Assembly (NCBI GenBank): GCA_035301805.1 | Contig: DATGTQ010000130.1 | Location: 300 to 64,299 of the forward strand | Source: Tissierellales bacterium | GTDB lineage: Bacteria > Bacillota > Clostridia > Tissierellales > DATGTQ01 | Length of the DNA stretch: 64,000 nucleotides | Direction of reading: 5' to 3' | In this document: in pieces, positions 8,293 to 19,562 of the stretch | Layout: each line of letters starts with the position of its first letter | Numbering within the stretch: the stretch's first letter is position 1 | Position numbers and translations under genes: made by a program | The notes under the pieces: model-generated | Database searches by the model: none | What the model saw: only the letters and a program-made list of their open reading frames with translations | Told to the model about the DNA's origin: nothing

Positions 8293-9886
8293 AATTATTT
8301 ATTTCTAATTGATTCAAATTTATAGAATAAATGATACTTTTGTCTGAATCATCAATGGCTGGGTTTAAAGTAATATACCCAGTATTTTGTTCTTCATCAT
8401 AAAATAGCTTATCCCCACTAATATTAATAAAAGGTTCTGATACTTGGGTATTAATATTATATTTATATAAGCTATAATTAGTGTTAGATTCATTTTTTAA
8501 AACAAAAATTAACCTTTCATCATCTATAGGAATATAACCTTGGATATTTGATTCTGAATTAACACTTTTAGTATTTCCATTTAAATCGTATATATTAAAG
8601 ATATTTTCTTCCTTGTTTTCTAGGTTTTTTAAATATAATATTTTGTTGTCACCAAAGAAGGTAGCTTTAAAACCATCATCTATTTCTTTAACAATTTTAT
8701 TATCCTTTGCAATATATATATTCTTGTTAATTTCATCTTTATTAAATTCCGTTAGTAAGAAAGTATCATCTTTTATATCAAAATCAAAAATATTTTTATT
8801 TAACTGCATAACTGATTCTAAACTTTTGTCTTCCATACTATATTTATAGATTGTAGATTTATAATTAGTATCATTATTAATAAAGTATAAATTATTATCT
8901 TGCCATTTTATTAGCCATGTATGTTGCATCTGACTATCAGGAGTTATATTTACAGTTTTTTTATCTTCTATTGAAACTAGTAGTAGATTTGTAATTTCTT
9001 CATTGTGTTTGTTATATTTGATAAATGCAACATTTGAATAATCTGAGCTAAAATTTGCATTATATATTGGATCCTTGGAAGAATATAATTTTTTCTTTTT
9101 ACCTGTTTCAAAACTGTATATCCATAATGTATTATAGTTGTCATCGTCATCATTCTTACCTCTTTTATATAGAAGGTATTTATTGGGTACATAGTCTAAA
9201 ATTACTCCATTGTCTATGTATTTAGAGATTACTTCTTCATAGGATGATAATATTTCACCAGTGTCTGCGTCTACTTTAACACTTAAATTAATAAGTGGAT
9301 TATTAGAGCTTTCCTTGTCAAAAATACCATTGAAATTTATATTCCAAATTAATTTGTCATTAAGACGGGTAAGGTCAACTTCCGGTATTGTGTTTGAGGC
9401 TATCTTAAATTGGGAATATATATTATTGAGTATTTCATTTTTACTAAATTTTAAGTTAATCGGCTTATAGTTTTGATTTATTATATTGAATTTAAGGTTT
9501 TCCAATTGTTTAAGGTTTAAGTCTTCTACTTCAATAATTACCTGAGGTATGGCTAATTGGGTTTCTTCACCTTGGTTTTCTTTATTAATATAAATATTTA
9601 TTTCGTCTCCGGATTTAGTTATTTTATCAATAGTTACTCCAGAACACTCAATTAGTCCTAAACTAGCTAATAATTTATATTGGTTATCTTTTTTTACAAT
9701 TTCAACACTAGGTTCTGTGGATTGATAACCTTTAGATAATACTATTTTTTCTATTTTATAACCTATATTTTTTTCCCTATTCTTTATTCTTCCAGCATTT
9801 ACAGTGGGAGATTTTTCTTGTTCATGGCACCCAGCTAAAACAGTTAGCATTACTATGGTTACTAATGTTAAAAACAATTTTTTCAT
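8291..9886 (-). CDS. Lipoprotein of unknown function (PrcB-like N-terminal module, PepSY-like segment, repeat-rich C-terminal half)
   Basis: Lipobox LAGC. LIECSGVTIDKITKSGDEINIYI...IPQVIIEVE resembles PrcB_C, and VKVDADTGEILSSYE resembles PepSY. The C-terminal 300 aa is rich in N/K/Y/D strand-like repeats, possibly a beta-propeller. Confidence 0.5.
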   Translation of the reverse strand: MKKLFLTLVTIVMLTVLAGCHEQEKSPTVNAGRIKNREKNIGYKIEKIVLSKGYQSTEPSVEIVKKDNQYKLLASLGLIECSGVTIDKITKSGDEINIYINKENQGEETQLAIPQVIIEVEDLNLKQLENLKFNIINQNYKPINLKFSKNEILNNIYSQFKIASNTIPEVDLTRLNDKLIWNINFNGIFDKESSNNPLINLSVKVDADTGEILSSYEEVISKYIDNGVILDYVPNKYLLYKRGKNDDDDNYNTLWIYSFETGKKKKLYSSKDPIYNANFSSDYSNVAFIKYNKHNEEITNLLLVSIEDKKTVNITPDSQMQHTWLIKWQDNNLYFINNDTNYKSTIYKYSMEDKSLESVMQLNKNIFDFDIKDDTFLLTEFNKDEINKNIYIAKDNKIVKEIDDGFKATFFGDNKILYLKNLENKEENIFNIYDLNGNTKSVNSESNIQGYIPIDDERLIFVLKNESNTNYSLYKYNINTQVSEPFINISGDKLFYDEEQNTGYITLNPAIDDSDKSIIYSINLNQLEINN

Positions 9887-9979
9887 TTTAGCTCCTCCTT
9901 CCTTAATAGTTTATAATATTATTAAAATAAGTGCAATATGGTTTATTTATATTTTGTACAAAGTTTTTTAATAAATACT

Positions 9980-10007
9980 TTGACTTTATATTTCCTTGTA
10001 TTATAAT
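9980..10007 (+). promoter_or_regulatory. SigA-type promoter of uvrBA
   Basis: TTGACT (9980-9985), 16-nt spacer, TATAAT (10002-10007). Confidence 0.65.
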
Positions 10008-10017
10008 ATGGATAGAA

Positions 10018-10031
10018 CGAACGTGCGTTCA
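10018..10031 (+). promoter_or_regulatory. LexA/DinR operator (Cheo/SOS box)
   Basis: CGAACGTGCGTTCA matches the Firmicute consensus CGAAC-N4-GTTCG in 13 of 14 positions. It sits just downstream of the -10 element and upstream of uvrB. Confidence 0.75.
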
Positions 10032-10049
10032 AACGAAGAGGTGAAATTC

Positions 10050-12017
10050 TTGGAAAAGTTTAAAGTTGTATCAAAATTTAAACCTACAGGTGATCAACCG
10101 GAAGCTATAGAAAAGCTTTCTGAAGGAATAAATAATGGTTTAAAACATCAAACCTTATTAGGTGTAACTGGTTCAGGAAAAACTTTCACTATGGCTAATA
10201 TTATTGAGAAAGTGCAAAAGCCTACATTGGTTATTGCTCATAACAAGACTTTGGCTTATCAATTAGCTAGTGAATTTAAAGAATTTTTTCCTAATAATGC
10301 TGTAGAATATTTTGTTAGTTATTATGACTATTATCAACCAGAAGCCTATGTACCACAAACAGATACTTATATTGATAAGGATGCTTCTATAAATGATGAA
10401 ATAGATAAATTAAGGCATTCAGCTACCGCATCTATATTTGAGAGACGTGATGTAATAGTAGTATCAAGTGTATCCTGTATTTATGGTTTAGGAGACCCTA
10501 TTGATTATGAAAATTTAGTTGTCTCTTTGAGACCAGGAATGATTAAGGATAGAGATGATATTATTAAAAAACTTGTAGATATTCAATATGAAAGAAACGA
10601 TATTAATTTTACAAGAGGAACTTTTAGAGTAAGAGGAGATGTGCTAGAAATATTTCCAGCATCTTCTAGTGAACAAACTGTTAGAATAGAGTTTTTTGGT
10701 GATGAAATAGATAGAATAGTAGAGATTAATTATTTAACTGGAGAAATAGTAGGACTTAGAAATCATATTTCTATATTTCCTGCATCTCACTTTGCTACGT
10801 CTCAAGATAAAGTTGAAAGGGCTATTTTAAGCATAGAAGAAGAGTTAAAGGAAAGATTAAAAGAATTAAGAGGACAAGAAAAACTGTTAGAAGCCCAAAG
10901 ATTAGAGCAAAGGACTAGATACGATATAGAAATGTTAAGGGAAATGGGCTACTGTCAAGGAATAGAAAATTATTCAAGACATATAAGTGGTAGGTCTAAA
11001 GGAAGTAAACCTTATACACTTATTGATTATTTTCCAGATGATTTTTTGATTATAATAGATGAATCTCATGTAACTTTACCTCAAATAAGGGGTATGTACA
11101 GAGGTGATAGATCTAGAAAGACTACCCTTGTAGATTATGGGTTTAGACTACCATCTGCCTTAGATAATAGGCCTTTATGTTTTGATGAATTTGAAGATCA
11201 TATAAATCAAATAACCTATGTAAGTGCAACACCAGGTCCTTATGAACGGGAACATTCAGAACAAGTAGTAGAGCAAATAATTAGGCCTACAGGGCTCTTA
11301 GATCCAGAAATAGATGTTAGACCGACTAAGGGGCAAATTGACGACTTAGTAAAGGAAATAAAGCTTAGGGAGGAAAAGAATGAAAGAGTATTAGTAACTA
11401 CATTGACAAAGCGTATGGCAGAAGATTTAACAAATTATTTCGAGGAAATAGGAATAAAAGTCACTTATCTTCATTCGGATGTAGAAACTATTGAAAGAAT
11501 GGAAATAATAAGAGATTTAAGATTAGGAAAATATGATGTATTAGTAGGTATAAATCTATTAAGGGAAGGCTTGGATTTGCCAGAGGTCTCTTTAGTAGTT
11601 ATATTAGATGCAGATAAAGAAGGATTTTTACGTTCTGAAACTTCACTTATACAGACAATTGGTAGGACAGCTAGGAATTCTTCCGGTAAAGTCATTATGT
11701 ATGGTGACCAAATTACTAAATCTATGAAAAATGCTATATATGAAACAAATAGAAGACGTAGAATACAAAATGAATTTAATAAAAAGCATAATATAACTCC
11801 AAGGACTATACAAAAAGATGTTAGGGATATTATAGAGGCGACTAAAGTAGTAGAGGAAGAAGCTGAATATAAGAAAGAAATATGGTCAGAAGAAGAATTA
11901 AATATTATGATTAATAATTTAAAAGAAGAAATGTTAAAAGAATCAGAAATGTTAAATTTTGAAAAGGCAGCTGAATTAAGAGATAAAATGCTAGAATTGA
12001 AAAAGATGATTCAGTAA
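10050..12017 (+). CDS. uvrB: Excinuclease ABC subunit B
   Basis: [17 protein letters not shown]..., GVTGSGKTF, helicase motifs, and the C-terminal UVR domain [11 protein letters not shown]. The TTG at 10050 follows GAAGAGGTG. The ORF-track start at 9996 would lie inside the promoter and SOS box. Confidence 0.9.
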   Translation: MEKFKVVSKFKPTGDQPEAIEKLSEGINNGLKHQTLLGVTGSGKTFTMANIIEKVQKPTLVIAHNKTLAYQLASEFKEFFPNNAVEYFVSYYDYYQPEAYVPQTDTYIDKDASINDEIDKLRHSATASIFERRDVIVVSSVSCIYGLGDPIDYENLVVSLRPGMIKDRDDIIKKLVDIQYERNDINFTRGTFRVRGDVLEIFPASSSEQTVRIEFFGDEIDRIVEINYLTGEIVGLRNHISIFPASHFATSQDKVERAILSIEEELKERLKELRGQEKLLEAQRLEQRTRYDIEMLREMGYCQGIENYSRHISGRSKGSKPYTLIDYFPDDFLIIIDESHVTLPQIRGMYRGDRSRKTTLVDYGFRLPSALDNRPLCFDEFEDHINQITYVSATPGPYEREHSEQVVEQIIRPTGLLDPEIDVRPTKGQIDDLVKEIKLREEKNERVLVTTLTKRMAEDLTNYFEEIGIKVTYLHSDVETIERMEIIRDLRLGKYDVLVGINLLREGLDLPEVSLVVILDADKEGFLRSETSLIQTIGRTARNSSGKVIMYGDQITKSMKNAIYETNRRRRIQNEFNKKHNITPRTIQKDVRDIIEATKVVEEEAEYKKEIWSEEELNIMINNLKEEMLKESEMLNFEKAAELRDKMLELKKMIQ

Positions 12018-12030
12018 AGAGGTGAAAACG

Positions 12031-14856
12031 ATGAAAGATGAAATAGTAATTAAAGGAGCCAAAGAACATAATTTAAAAAATGTGGATTTAACTATACCAA
12101 GGGATAAGATGATAGTTTTTACAGGTTTAAGTGGTTCTGGTAAATCTTCTCTTGCCTTTGACACAATATATGCAGAAGGACAAAGACGTTATGTGGAAAG
12201 TCTTTCTTCTTATGCAAGACAATTTTTAGGACAAATGGAAAAACCAAATGTAGATTATATAGAAGGTTTATCACCTTCTATTTCCATTGATCAAAAAACA
12301 ACTAGTAAAAATCCTAGATCTACTGTTGGAACTGTGACTGAAATATATGATTATTTACGTTTGTTATATGCTAGAATAGGAACTCCTTACTGTTATAAAT
12401 GTGGGAAAGAAATTTCTAGTCAGACAGTAGATCAAATGGTGGATAAGGTAATGAAACTGGAAGAAAGGACTAGAATACAAATTTTAGCCCCTGTAGTTAG
12501 AGGTAAAAAAGGTGAACACCAAAAGATATTAGATTCTATAAAAAAAGAAGGATTTATTAGAGTAATAGTAGATGGTGAAATGCATGAAATAATTGAGGAT
12601 ATAAAATTAGAAAAAAATAAAAAGCATACTATTGAAGTTGTAGTAGATAGAATAATTGTTAAGGAAGGAATTGAAGCACGATTAACGGATTCTTTTGAAA
12701 CTGCATTAAAATTATCTGATGGTTTAGCAGTGGCCCATGTAGTAGATGGTGAAAGAATAATATTTAGTCAAAAGCTAGCTTGTCCGGATTGTGGTGTTGT
12801 AATTGAAGAGTTATCACCACGAATGTTTTCATTCAATAGTCCCTTTGGAATGTGTATCACTTGTGATGGAATAGGACATTACAAAGAAATTGATGAAAAT
12901 TTAGTAATACCTAATCCTTCTTTAAGTATAAATCAAGGAGGAATTGCTCCTTTTAGTAATACTAACGATGGGACCTATTATTATGAAATTTTTAAAACTT
13001 TAGCTAAGGAGTATAACTTCGACTTGGATACTCCTTTAAAGGATGCTCCAAAGAAATTATTAAATGATATATTATATGGAACAGAAAAAGTCATAACTAT
13101 TAAATTTAATAGTAGATATGATGGATGGAAGACTTATAAAGGAAGATTTGAAGGTGTAATTCCTAATTTGGAAAGAAGATATAGAAGTACTAATTCAAAT
13201 CGTATGCGAGATAGAATAGATGACTATATGATAGAAAATCCTTGCCCAAAATGTAAAGGGTCTAGATTGAAAGATGAAATATTAGCTGTAAAAATAAATG
13301 GTTTAAATATTTCTCAAGTTACTGATTTATCTATAACTAGTTCAATAAAATTTTTTGGTAATCTAAAGTTAACAGATAGAGAAAAATTAATAGGTGAACA
13401 AGTATTAAAGGAAATAAAAGAAAGACTTACATTTTTAGAAGATGTAGGGTTAGGTTATCTAACCTTATCCAGAAGTGCTGGTACCTTATCAGGAGGAGAA
13501 TCTCAAAGAATAAGATTGGCAACTCAAATAGGTTCTAGTCTTGTGGGAGTAGTATATGTATTAGATGAACCTAGTATTGGACTTCATCAAAGGGATAATA
13601 ATAAATTATTGAAAACCCTTAGGAATTTAACAGATTTAGGGAATACTCTTATAGTAGTAGAACATGACGAAGATACTATGAGGATGGCAGATTATATAGT
13701 AGATATTGGACCAGGAGCAGGTCGCCATGGAGGCCATATAGTGGCTAATGGGACTATAGATGAAATAATGGAATCTAAAGATTCTATAACTGGTAGCTAT
13801 CTATCAGGAAGAAAGAAAATTTCAATACCTAAGGAAAGAAGAAAAGGAAATGGAAAGAGACTAAAAGTTTTAGGAGCAAGGGAAAATAACTTAAAGGATA
13901 TAAATGTAGAATTACCTCTAGGAGTATTTACATGTGTAACTGGAGTATCTGGTTCAGGTAAGAGTACATTAGTAAATGAAATATTGTATAAAAGTCTTGC
14001 CCAACAATTGAATCGTGCAAAGGCTAGACCTGGTAGACATAAGAGAATAAAAGGAATAGAAAATATAGATAAAGTAATAGTAATAGACCAATCACCAATT
14101 GGAAGGACACCTAGGTCTAATCCAGCAACTTACACAGGAGTTTTTGATGATATTAGAGATGTATTTGCTATGACACCAGAGGCAAAAATGAGAGGATATA
14201 AAAAGGGAAGGTTTAGTTTCAACGTAAAAGGTGGAAGATGTGAAGCATGTAATGGAGATGGTATTATAAAAATAGAAATGCATTTTCTTCCAGATGTATA
14301 TGTACCTTGTGAGGTGTGTAAAGGTAAAAGATATAATAGAGAAACTTTACAAGTTAAATATAAGGGTAAAAATATTTTTAATATATTAGATATGACAGTA
14401 GAAGAAGCTTTAGGTTTTTTTGAAAACATACCCAAAATAAAAAGAAAACTTCAAACATTATATGATGTAGGATTAGGTTATATTAAATTAGGGCAGCCTT
14501 CAACTCAACTTTCTGGTGGAGAAGCTCAAAGAGTAAAATTAGCTACGGAGTTAAGTAAAAGAAGTACGGGAAAGACTGTTTATATTTTAGATGAACCTAC
14601 TACAGGGTTACATGTAGCTGATATAAGTAAATTAATAGAAGTACTAAATCGGCTTGTAGATTCAGGTAATACAGTACTAGTTATTGAACATAATTTAGAT
14701 GTTATAAAAACGGCGGATTATATAATTGATTTAGGACCAGAAGGTGGAGATGAAGGTGGAAAAATTGTAACTCAAGGTACACCTGAGGAAGTGTGCAAAG
14801 TAAATAAATCTTATACAGGCCAGTTTTTGAAGAAAACATTAATTGATAAAAACTGA
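12031..14856 (+). CDS. uvrA: Excinuclease ABC subunit A
   Basis: [10 protein letters not shown], two ABC modules (GLSGSGKSS / GVSGSGKST) and zinc-finger Cys pairs. ATG 12031 follows GAGGTG. Confidence 0.95.
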   Translation: MKDEIVIKGAKEHNLKNVDLTIPRDKMIVFTGLSGSGKSSLAFDTIYAEGQRRYVESLSSYARQFLGQMEKPNVDYIEGLSPSISIDQKTTSKNPRSTVGTVTEIYDYLRLLYARIGTPYCYKCGKEISSQTVDQMVDKVMKLEERTRIQILAPVVRGKKGEHQKILDSIKKEGFIRVIVDGEMHEIIEDIKLEKNKKHTIEVVVDRIIVKEGIEARLTDSFETALKLSDGLAVAHVVDGERIIFSQKLACPDCGVVIEELSPRMFSFNSPFGMCITCDGIGHYKEIDENLVIPNPSLSINQGGIAPFSNTNDGTYYYEIFKTLAKEYNFDLDTPLKDAPKKLLNDILYGTEKVITIKFNSRYDGWKTYKGRFEGVIPNLERRYRSTNSNRMRDRIDDYMIENPCPKCKGSRLKDEILAVKINGLNISQVTDLSITSSIKFFGNLKLTDREKLIGEQVLKEIKERLTFLEDVGLGYLTLSRSAGTLSGGESQRIRLATQIGSSLVGVVYVLDEPSIGLHQRDNNKLLKTLRNLTDLGNTLIVVEHDEDTMRMADYIVDIGPGAGRHGGHIVANGTIDEIMESKDSITGSYLSGRKKISIPKERRKGNGKRLKVLGARENNLKDINVELPLGVFTCVTGVSGSGKSTLVNEILYKSLAQQLNRAKARPGRHKRIKGIENIDKVIVIDQSPIGRTPRSNPATYTGVFDDIRDVFAMTPEAKMRGYKKGRFSFNVKGGRCEACNGDGIIKIEMHFLPDVYVPCEVCKGKRYNRETLQVKYKGKNIFNILDMTVEEALGFFENIPKIKRKLQTLYDVGLGYIKLGQPSTQLSGGEAQRVKLATELSKRSTGKTVYILDEPTTGLHVADISKLIEVLNRLVDSGNTVLVIEHNLDVIKTADYIIDLGPEGGDEGGKIVTQGTPEEVCKVNKSYTGQFLKKTLIDKN

Positions 14857-14929
14857 TAAGAAATTGACACTCCTTTTGTTATGGAATATAATATTATTGT
14901 AATAAAATTAACAAATGGGGGGAATCATA

Positions 14930-15373
14930 ATGGCGGTTGAGGTATTAAAAGGAACAGCAAAATCTATAGAAGGTATGCAAGTTGAATGTAGTACAAGAGG
15001 TCACAAATTTATATTAGATGAGCCAACAGATTTAGGTGGAACAGATAAAGGTATGAACCCAATTGAAGCAACATTATGTGCTTTAGGTGCATGTAAATGT
15101 ATAGTTGCTCAATGTTTTGCAAAGGCAAAAGGTGTAAAAGTTGAAGAGATTAAAATAGAAGTAGAGGGAGATTTGGACCCAGATGGATTCTTAGGGAAAA
15201 ATAAAGATGCTAAAATTGGTCTACAAAATATTAGGACTAAATTTTATATTAAGTCAGATTCTCCTAAAGAAAAAATAGAAGAATTTGTTGAATTTATAGA
15301 CAGAACTTGCCCAGTTGCAGATAGTTTACAAAAACCAGCTAATTGTTCAACAGAATTAGTAATAGAAGATTAA
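14930..15373 (+). CDS. OsmC family protein (peroxiredoxin-like)
   Basis: GTDKGMNPIEATLCALGACKCI and the C-terminal ...RTCPV are the two conserved Cys regions of OsmC/Ohr. ATG 14930 follows GGGGGA. Confidence 0.8.
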   Translation: MAVEVLKGTAKSIEGMQVECSTRGHKFILDEPTDLGGTDKGMNPIEATLCALGACKCIVAQCFAKAKGVKVEEIKIEVEGDLDPDGFLGKNKDAKIGLQNIRTKFYIKSDSPKEKIEEFVEFIDRTCPVADSLQKPANCSTELVIED

Positions 15374-15384
15374 TATAAATATAG

Positions 15385-15420
15385 AAACTCCCTTTTAGCC
15401 ATTGCCAAAAGGGAGTTTTC
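15385..15420. terminator. Bidirectional terminator
   Basis: aaactccctttt-agccattgcc-aaaagggagttt, lying between convergent genes. Confidence 0.75.
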
Positions 15421-15439
15421 AGTTTTATTCATTTATTAT

Positions 15440-16213
15440 TTAATTAACAGCATCAAGTGATTCTGGTAATGTTTGACCACCGTCTACAGTTATTCCTTGA
15501 CCTGTAATATATTTTGCCTCGTCAGATGCTAAAAATAATGTAGTATAAGCAATATCTTCAGGTTCACCAAGCTTACCGGAAGGAATAGTGGCTTCTTGAG
15601 CTTTAATATATTCATCACCTAGAACCTCTTCCATTCCCTCAGTGAGTATGTTTCCAGGTTCTACACCGTTGACATTAATATTGTATTTAGCAAGTTCTAC
15701 AGCTGCAGATCTAATAAAACCATTTACTCCACCTTTAGATGCAGCATAATGAGTTAGGCCAGGTGCACCAGTTTTATTTCCAGTTATAGAGGAAGTAATA
15801 ACTATTTTCCCATATTTATTATTAATCATATTTGGTAGGCATGATTTTACTGCAAGGAAGGTTCCTTTTAAATTAATATCATTAACTTTGTCCCAATCCT
15901 CTACAGTCATATTTTCTAATCTTATTTCTGGGAATATACCTGCATTGTGACAAAGGATATCAATTTTTTCATATCTTTGAATACAAGTTTCAGCCATCTT
16001 ATTCATATCTTCCTCTTTGCTTACATCACCAATAAAGTAGGAAGCTTCACCGCCGTCGGCTTTAATTTCTTCTACTACTTTTTTAGCAGTATCTTCAGTT
16101 CTTACAACTATTAAAACTTTCGCTCCCTCTTTTGCAAAAACTTTTGAAATGCCTCTACCAATGCCTATAGCACCACCCGTAACAATAACAACCTTATCTT
16201 CCATTCTTTTCAT
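15440..16213 (-). CDS. SDR family oxidoreductase (FabG/glucose dehydrogenase-like)
   Basis: TGGAIGIGRG Rossmann motif, NAG, and YAASKGG (YxxxK). The ATG at 16213 follows GGAGGTG. Confidence 0.8.
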   Translation of the reverse strand: MKRMEDKVVIVTGGAIGIGRGISKVFAKEGAKVLIVVRTEDTAKKVVEEIKADGGEASYFIGDVSKEEDMNKMAETCIQRYEKIDILCHNAGIFPEIRLENMTVEDWDKVNDINLKGTFLAVKSCLPNMINNKYGKIVITSSITGNKTGAPGLTHYAASKGGVNGFIRSAAVELAKYNINVNGVEPGNILTEGMEEVLGDEYIKAQEATIPSGKLGEPEDIAYTTLFLASDEAKYITGQGITVDGGQTLPESLDAVN

Positions 16214-16413
16214 AAACCTAAACACCTCCAAAAGATATTCTATGTTTGCGGTTTACTTAAGTTATACCCATGCAACTAAAAATATAACAAAAAAATAACA
16301 ACAAAGATTTAACAAACTTTTATATAAGTAAAAAGGCCTAGAATTTTGGCACAATAAGTAATATGATATATAATTATAATATATTAATATACTTATATAA
16401 ATTGGGGGGTATT

Positions 16414-17496
16414 ATGAGTCAGATTATAATATACATAATGGTATTATTCTCTGTACTAGGAGCAGTAGATAATTTATTAGATAATAAATTTGGAATAGGA
16501 GAAAAGTTTCAAGAGGGAATAGAGGCTATGGGAAGTTTGGTTTTAACTATGCTTGGAATATATTGTTTATCTCCTGTTATAGCAGAAAGGTTAATTCCTA
16601 TTCTTTCATCTATGTCTAAGGCGACAGGAGTAGATCCTTCTGTATTTATTGCTAGTATATTGGCACCAGATATGGGAGGATATACTTCAGCTATGAAAGT
16701 TATGAATAATGAAGCTATTGGGCACTTTTCAGGGTTAATATTATCATCTTCTATAGGAGCGACTATATCTTTTACAACACCTATTGCGATAAATATTTTA
16801 AAGGATGATTTTCCCCAGTATGCTAAAGGTATAATGGCAGGTTTTATAACAATACCAATAGGGGCATTTGTTGGAGGAGTTATAATGGAGATTCCAGGGA
16901 AAGAGTTAATAATAAACTTAATCCCAGTATTAATTTTATCTGCCATATTAGTAGTTTACCTGATAAAAGCTCAAGAAAAAGTTGTGAAAGTATTTACTTG
17001 GATAGGTAAGATATTAATAATAATAAGCACCATGGGTTTAATAATTGGAATACTAGATTTTGTGTTGGATATAAAGCTATTTTCTAATATGATATCTATA
17101 GAAGAAGGATTAGTAGTTATAGGTCAAATAGCTATAATATTATCTGGTGCTTATCCTTTGTTTCATGTATTACATAAGTTATTTAATAAGCATTTATCTC
17201 AAATAGGTAATAAATTAGGCATAAATGAAGTTGCGGTCTTAGGACTTATAACTAGTCTTGTGAATAGCATACCAATGTTTCTTATATATAAAGACATGGA
17301 TGAGAGAGGGAAAAATTTAAATGCTGCTTTTTTAGTAAGTGGAGCTTATGCTTTTGGAGGGCAATTAGGGTTTATATCTAGTATTTCTAAGGAAATGGTC
17401 TCACCTTTCATTGTAAGTAAGTTAGTAGGTGGTATAACTGCAATATTGCTTTCTTATTTACTAACTAAAAATTTACTAAAAACCGAGTTAGAATGA
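16414..17496 (+). CDS. eutH: EutH family (ethanolamine utilisation) transporter homologue
   Basis: MSQIIIYIMVLFSVLGAVDNLLDNKFGIGEKFQEGIEAMG... is the characteristic EutH N-terminus. The protein is polytopic. ATG 16414 follows GGGGGG. Confidence 0.75.
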   Translation: MSQIIIYIMVLFSVLGAVDNLLDNKFGIGEKFQEGIEAMGSLVLTMLGIYCLSPVIAERLIPILSSMSKATGVDPSVFIASILAPDMGGYTSAMKVMNNEAIGHFSGLILSSSIGATISFTTPIAINILKDDFPQYAKGIMAGFITIPIGAFVGGVIMEIPGKELIINLIPVLILSAILVVYLIKAQEKVVKVFTWIGKILIIISTMGLIIGILDFVLDIKLFSNMISIEEGLVVIGQIAIILSGAYPLFHVLHKLFNKHLSQIGNKLGINEVAVLGLITSLVNSIPMFLIYKDMDERGKNLNAAFLVSGAYAFGGQLGFISSISKEMVSPFIVSKLVGGITAILLSYLLTKNLLKTELE

Positions 17497-17601
17497 TGTA
17501 TGAAATGTATAATTTATGTTAAGAAGTATTTTTAAATTAATAGAAATATTAAGAATAAGTGTTATTATGAAGATGAGTTTAATTTATAGGAGAGTGATTG
17601 T

Positions 17602-19380
17602 ATGAAGGTAAATGATAAGTTGGCAAGTTTAAGAAAGCTTATGGCGGAAAAAGGTATAGATGCATATATTATACCAAGTTCAGACCCTCATTTAAGTGAG
17701 TATTTAAGTGATTATTGGAAGACTAGAATGTGGATATCAGGATTTACAGGTTCTGCGGGTACTGTAGTGGTTACAATGGAAGGAGCAGGACTTTGGACAG
17801 ATGGCAGATATTTTATTCAAGCAGAAAATGAACTTAAGGGTAGTGAAATTAAATTATTTAAAATGAGAATGCCAAAAGTTCCAACAGTAATTGAATGGTT
17901 AAGGGATAATTTAGATGAAGATTCTACTGTTGGATTTGATGGAAAAGTTGTTTCCCAATCTTTAATAGAGAAAATGGAAAAAAAATTTAGTACAAAGAAT
18001 ATAAAACTTGAAGAAAACTATGATTTTATAGGAGAAATTTGGACAGATAGGCCTAAGGAATCAAAAGACAAAATATTTATCCACGATGTAAAATATGCAG
18101 GAAAAGCTCCAAAAGAAAAGCTAGAAGATGTAAGAAAAGAAATGAAAGAATCTAAGGTAGATTATTTCTTATTAGGTAGTTTAGATGATATAGCTTGGCT
18201 TTACAATATTAGAGGAAGGGATGTTGAAAATAATCCTGTTGTAACATCCTATGCTTTAGTTTCTATGGCTAAAAGTTGGTTATTTGTAGATAAATCTAAG
18301 GTAGATAAAGAAGTTGAAGAGTATTTAAATGAAAATGGCATTGAAGTAAAGGAATATGGTGATGTAAGAAATAATATTGAGAATATTAATAAAGATTCAA
18401 AAATATTTATTGACCCAGATAAAACTAATAGATGGATATATAATGGAATCCCTAAGGAATGTGAAATTGTAGAAGGTATGAATTTTACTACAAAATTAAA
18501 AGCTAGAAAAAATAATGTAGAAATAGAAAACTTAAAAAAATGTTATATAAAAGATGGTGTAGCATTGGTTAAATTTTTATATTGGTTAGATAAAAATGTA
18601 GGACATAAAGAAATAACCGAAATATCTGCAGATGAAAAGCTAGAATCCTTTAGAAGAGAACAAGATTTATTTGTGGAACCTAGTTTCGGCACTATAGCTG
18701 CATACAGGGAACACGCACCTATGATGCATTATTCGGCGACTGACGAAACAGATTACTCCTTAAAGCCAGAAGGAATGTTTTTAGTAGATTCTGGTGGACA
18801 ATATTATGATGGAACAACAGATACTACTAGGACTATTATACTTGGACCAATAACTGATGAAGAAAAAAGAGATTTTACTCTTACATTGAAGGGACTTATT
18901 AATCTTTCAAAAGCTAGGTTTTTACATGGAGCCACAGGGGCTAATTTAGATGTTTTAGCAAGATTGCCCTTATGGGAAGTAGGTATAGATTATAAATGTG
19001 GAACTGGTCATGGCATAGGATTCTTTTTAAATGTTCATGAAGGGCCTAATAACTTTAGCCAAAGCCCTACAAAAGTAGTAATAGAAGAAGGAATGGTTAC
19101 ATCTATAGAACCAGGTGTATATAAAGAGGGAAGGTATGGTATTAGGTTAGAAAATGTAGTAGTAGCAGTTAAAGACTATGAAAATGAATCAGGTCAATTT
19201 ATGAAGTTTGAAACATTGACTAATTGCCCTTTAGACTTAGAAGGAATAGATGCAGGATTATTGAGTGAAGAAGAAATAAAATGGCTCAATAACTATCATA
19301 AACAAGTATATAGTAACTTATCACCATACTTAAATGAAGAAGAAAAGGAATGGTTGAAAAAAGAAACTAGAGGAATATAA
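17602..19380 (+). CDS. M24 family Xaa-Pro aminopeptidase (aminopeptidase P-like)
   Basis: 592 aa with creatinase/prolidase N-domains and a C-terminal pita-bread fold carrying the metal ligands DSGGQY...D.TRT...GHGIG...EPG...R.E. Confidence 0.8.
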   Translation: MKVNDKLASLRKLMAEKGIDAYIIPSSDPHLSEYLSDYWKTRMWISGFTGSAGTVVVTMEGAGLWTDGRYFIQAENELKGSEIKLFKMRMPKVPTVIEWLRDNLDEDSTVGFDGKVVSQSLIEKMEKKFSTKNIKLEENYDFIGEIWTDRPKESKDKIFIHDVKYAGKAPKEKLEDVRKEMKESKVDYFLLGSLDDIAWLYNIRGRDVENNPVVTSYALVSMAKSWLFVDKSKVDKEVEEYLNENGIEVKEYGDVRNNIENINKDSKIFIDPDKTNRWIYNGIPKECEIVEGMNFTTKLKARKNNVEIENLKKCYIKDGVALVKFLYWLDKNVGHKEITEISADEKLESFRREQDLFVEPSFGTIAAYREHAPMMHYSATDETDYSLKPEGMFLVDSGGQYYDGTTDTTRTIILGPITDEEKRDFTLTLKGLINLSKARFLHGATGANLDVLARLPLWEVGIDYKCGTGHGIGFFLNVHEGPNNFSQSPTKVVIEEGMVTSIEPGVYKEGRYGIRLENVVVAVKDYENESGQFMKFETLTNCPLDLEGIDAGLLSEEEIKWLNNYHKQVYSNLSPYLNEEEKEWLKKETRGI

Positions 19381-19562
19381 AAGTATAAAAGAAACTCCTT
19401 TTTGGAAAGATTTAAGATACATAAAAAACCAGAAGGGAGTTTTAATATTCTCCTGCAGATTGTTCTCTACATGAAGTTTTCTATAGGGATACCGGGGAAT
19501 CTATTTGGGTATTGGTGTATCCTAAATACATTTCTATCTAAATCTAATATAAAATAATAATT

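Noticed and set aside
16347-16363. TGGCAC upstream of eutH, considered as a sigma-54 -24 element.
   Set aside because: The required -12 TTGC(A/T) element is absent at the correct spacing; the sequence reads TGGCACaataaGTAAT.
19381-19442. Possible terminator after the aminopeptidase gene (aaactcc...gggagttt).
   Set aside because: Only a 7-8-bp stem with a loop of about 30 nt, which is too weak to call confidently.
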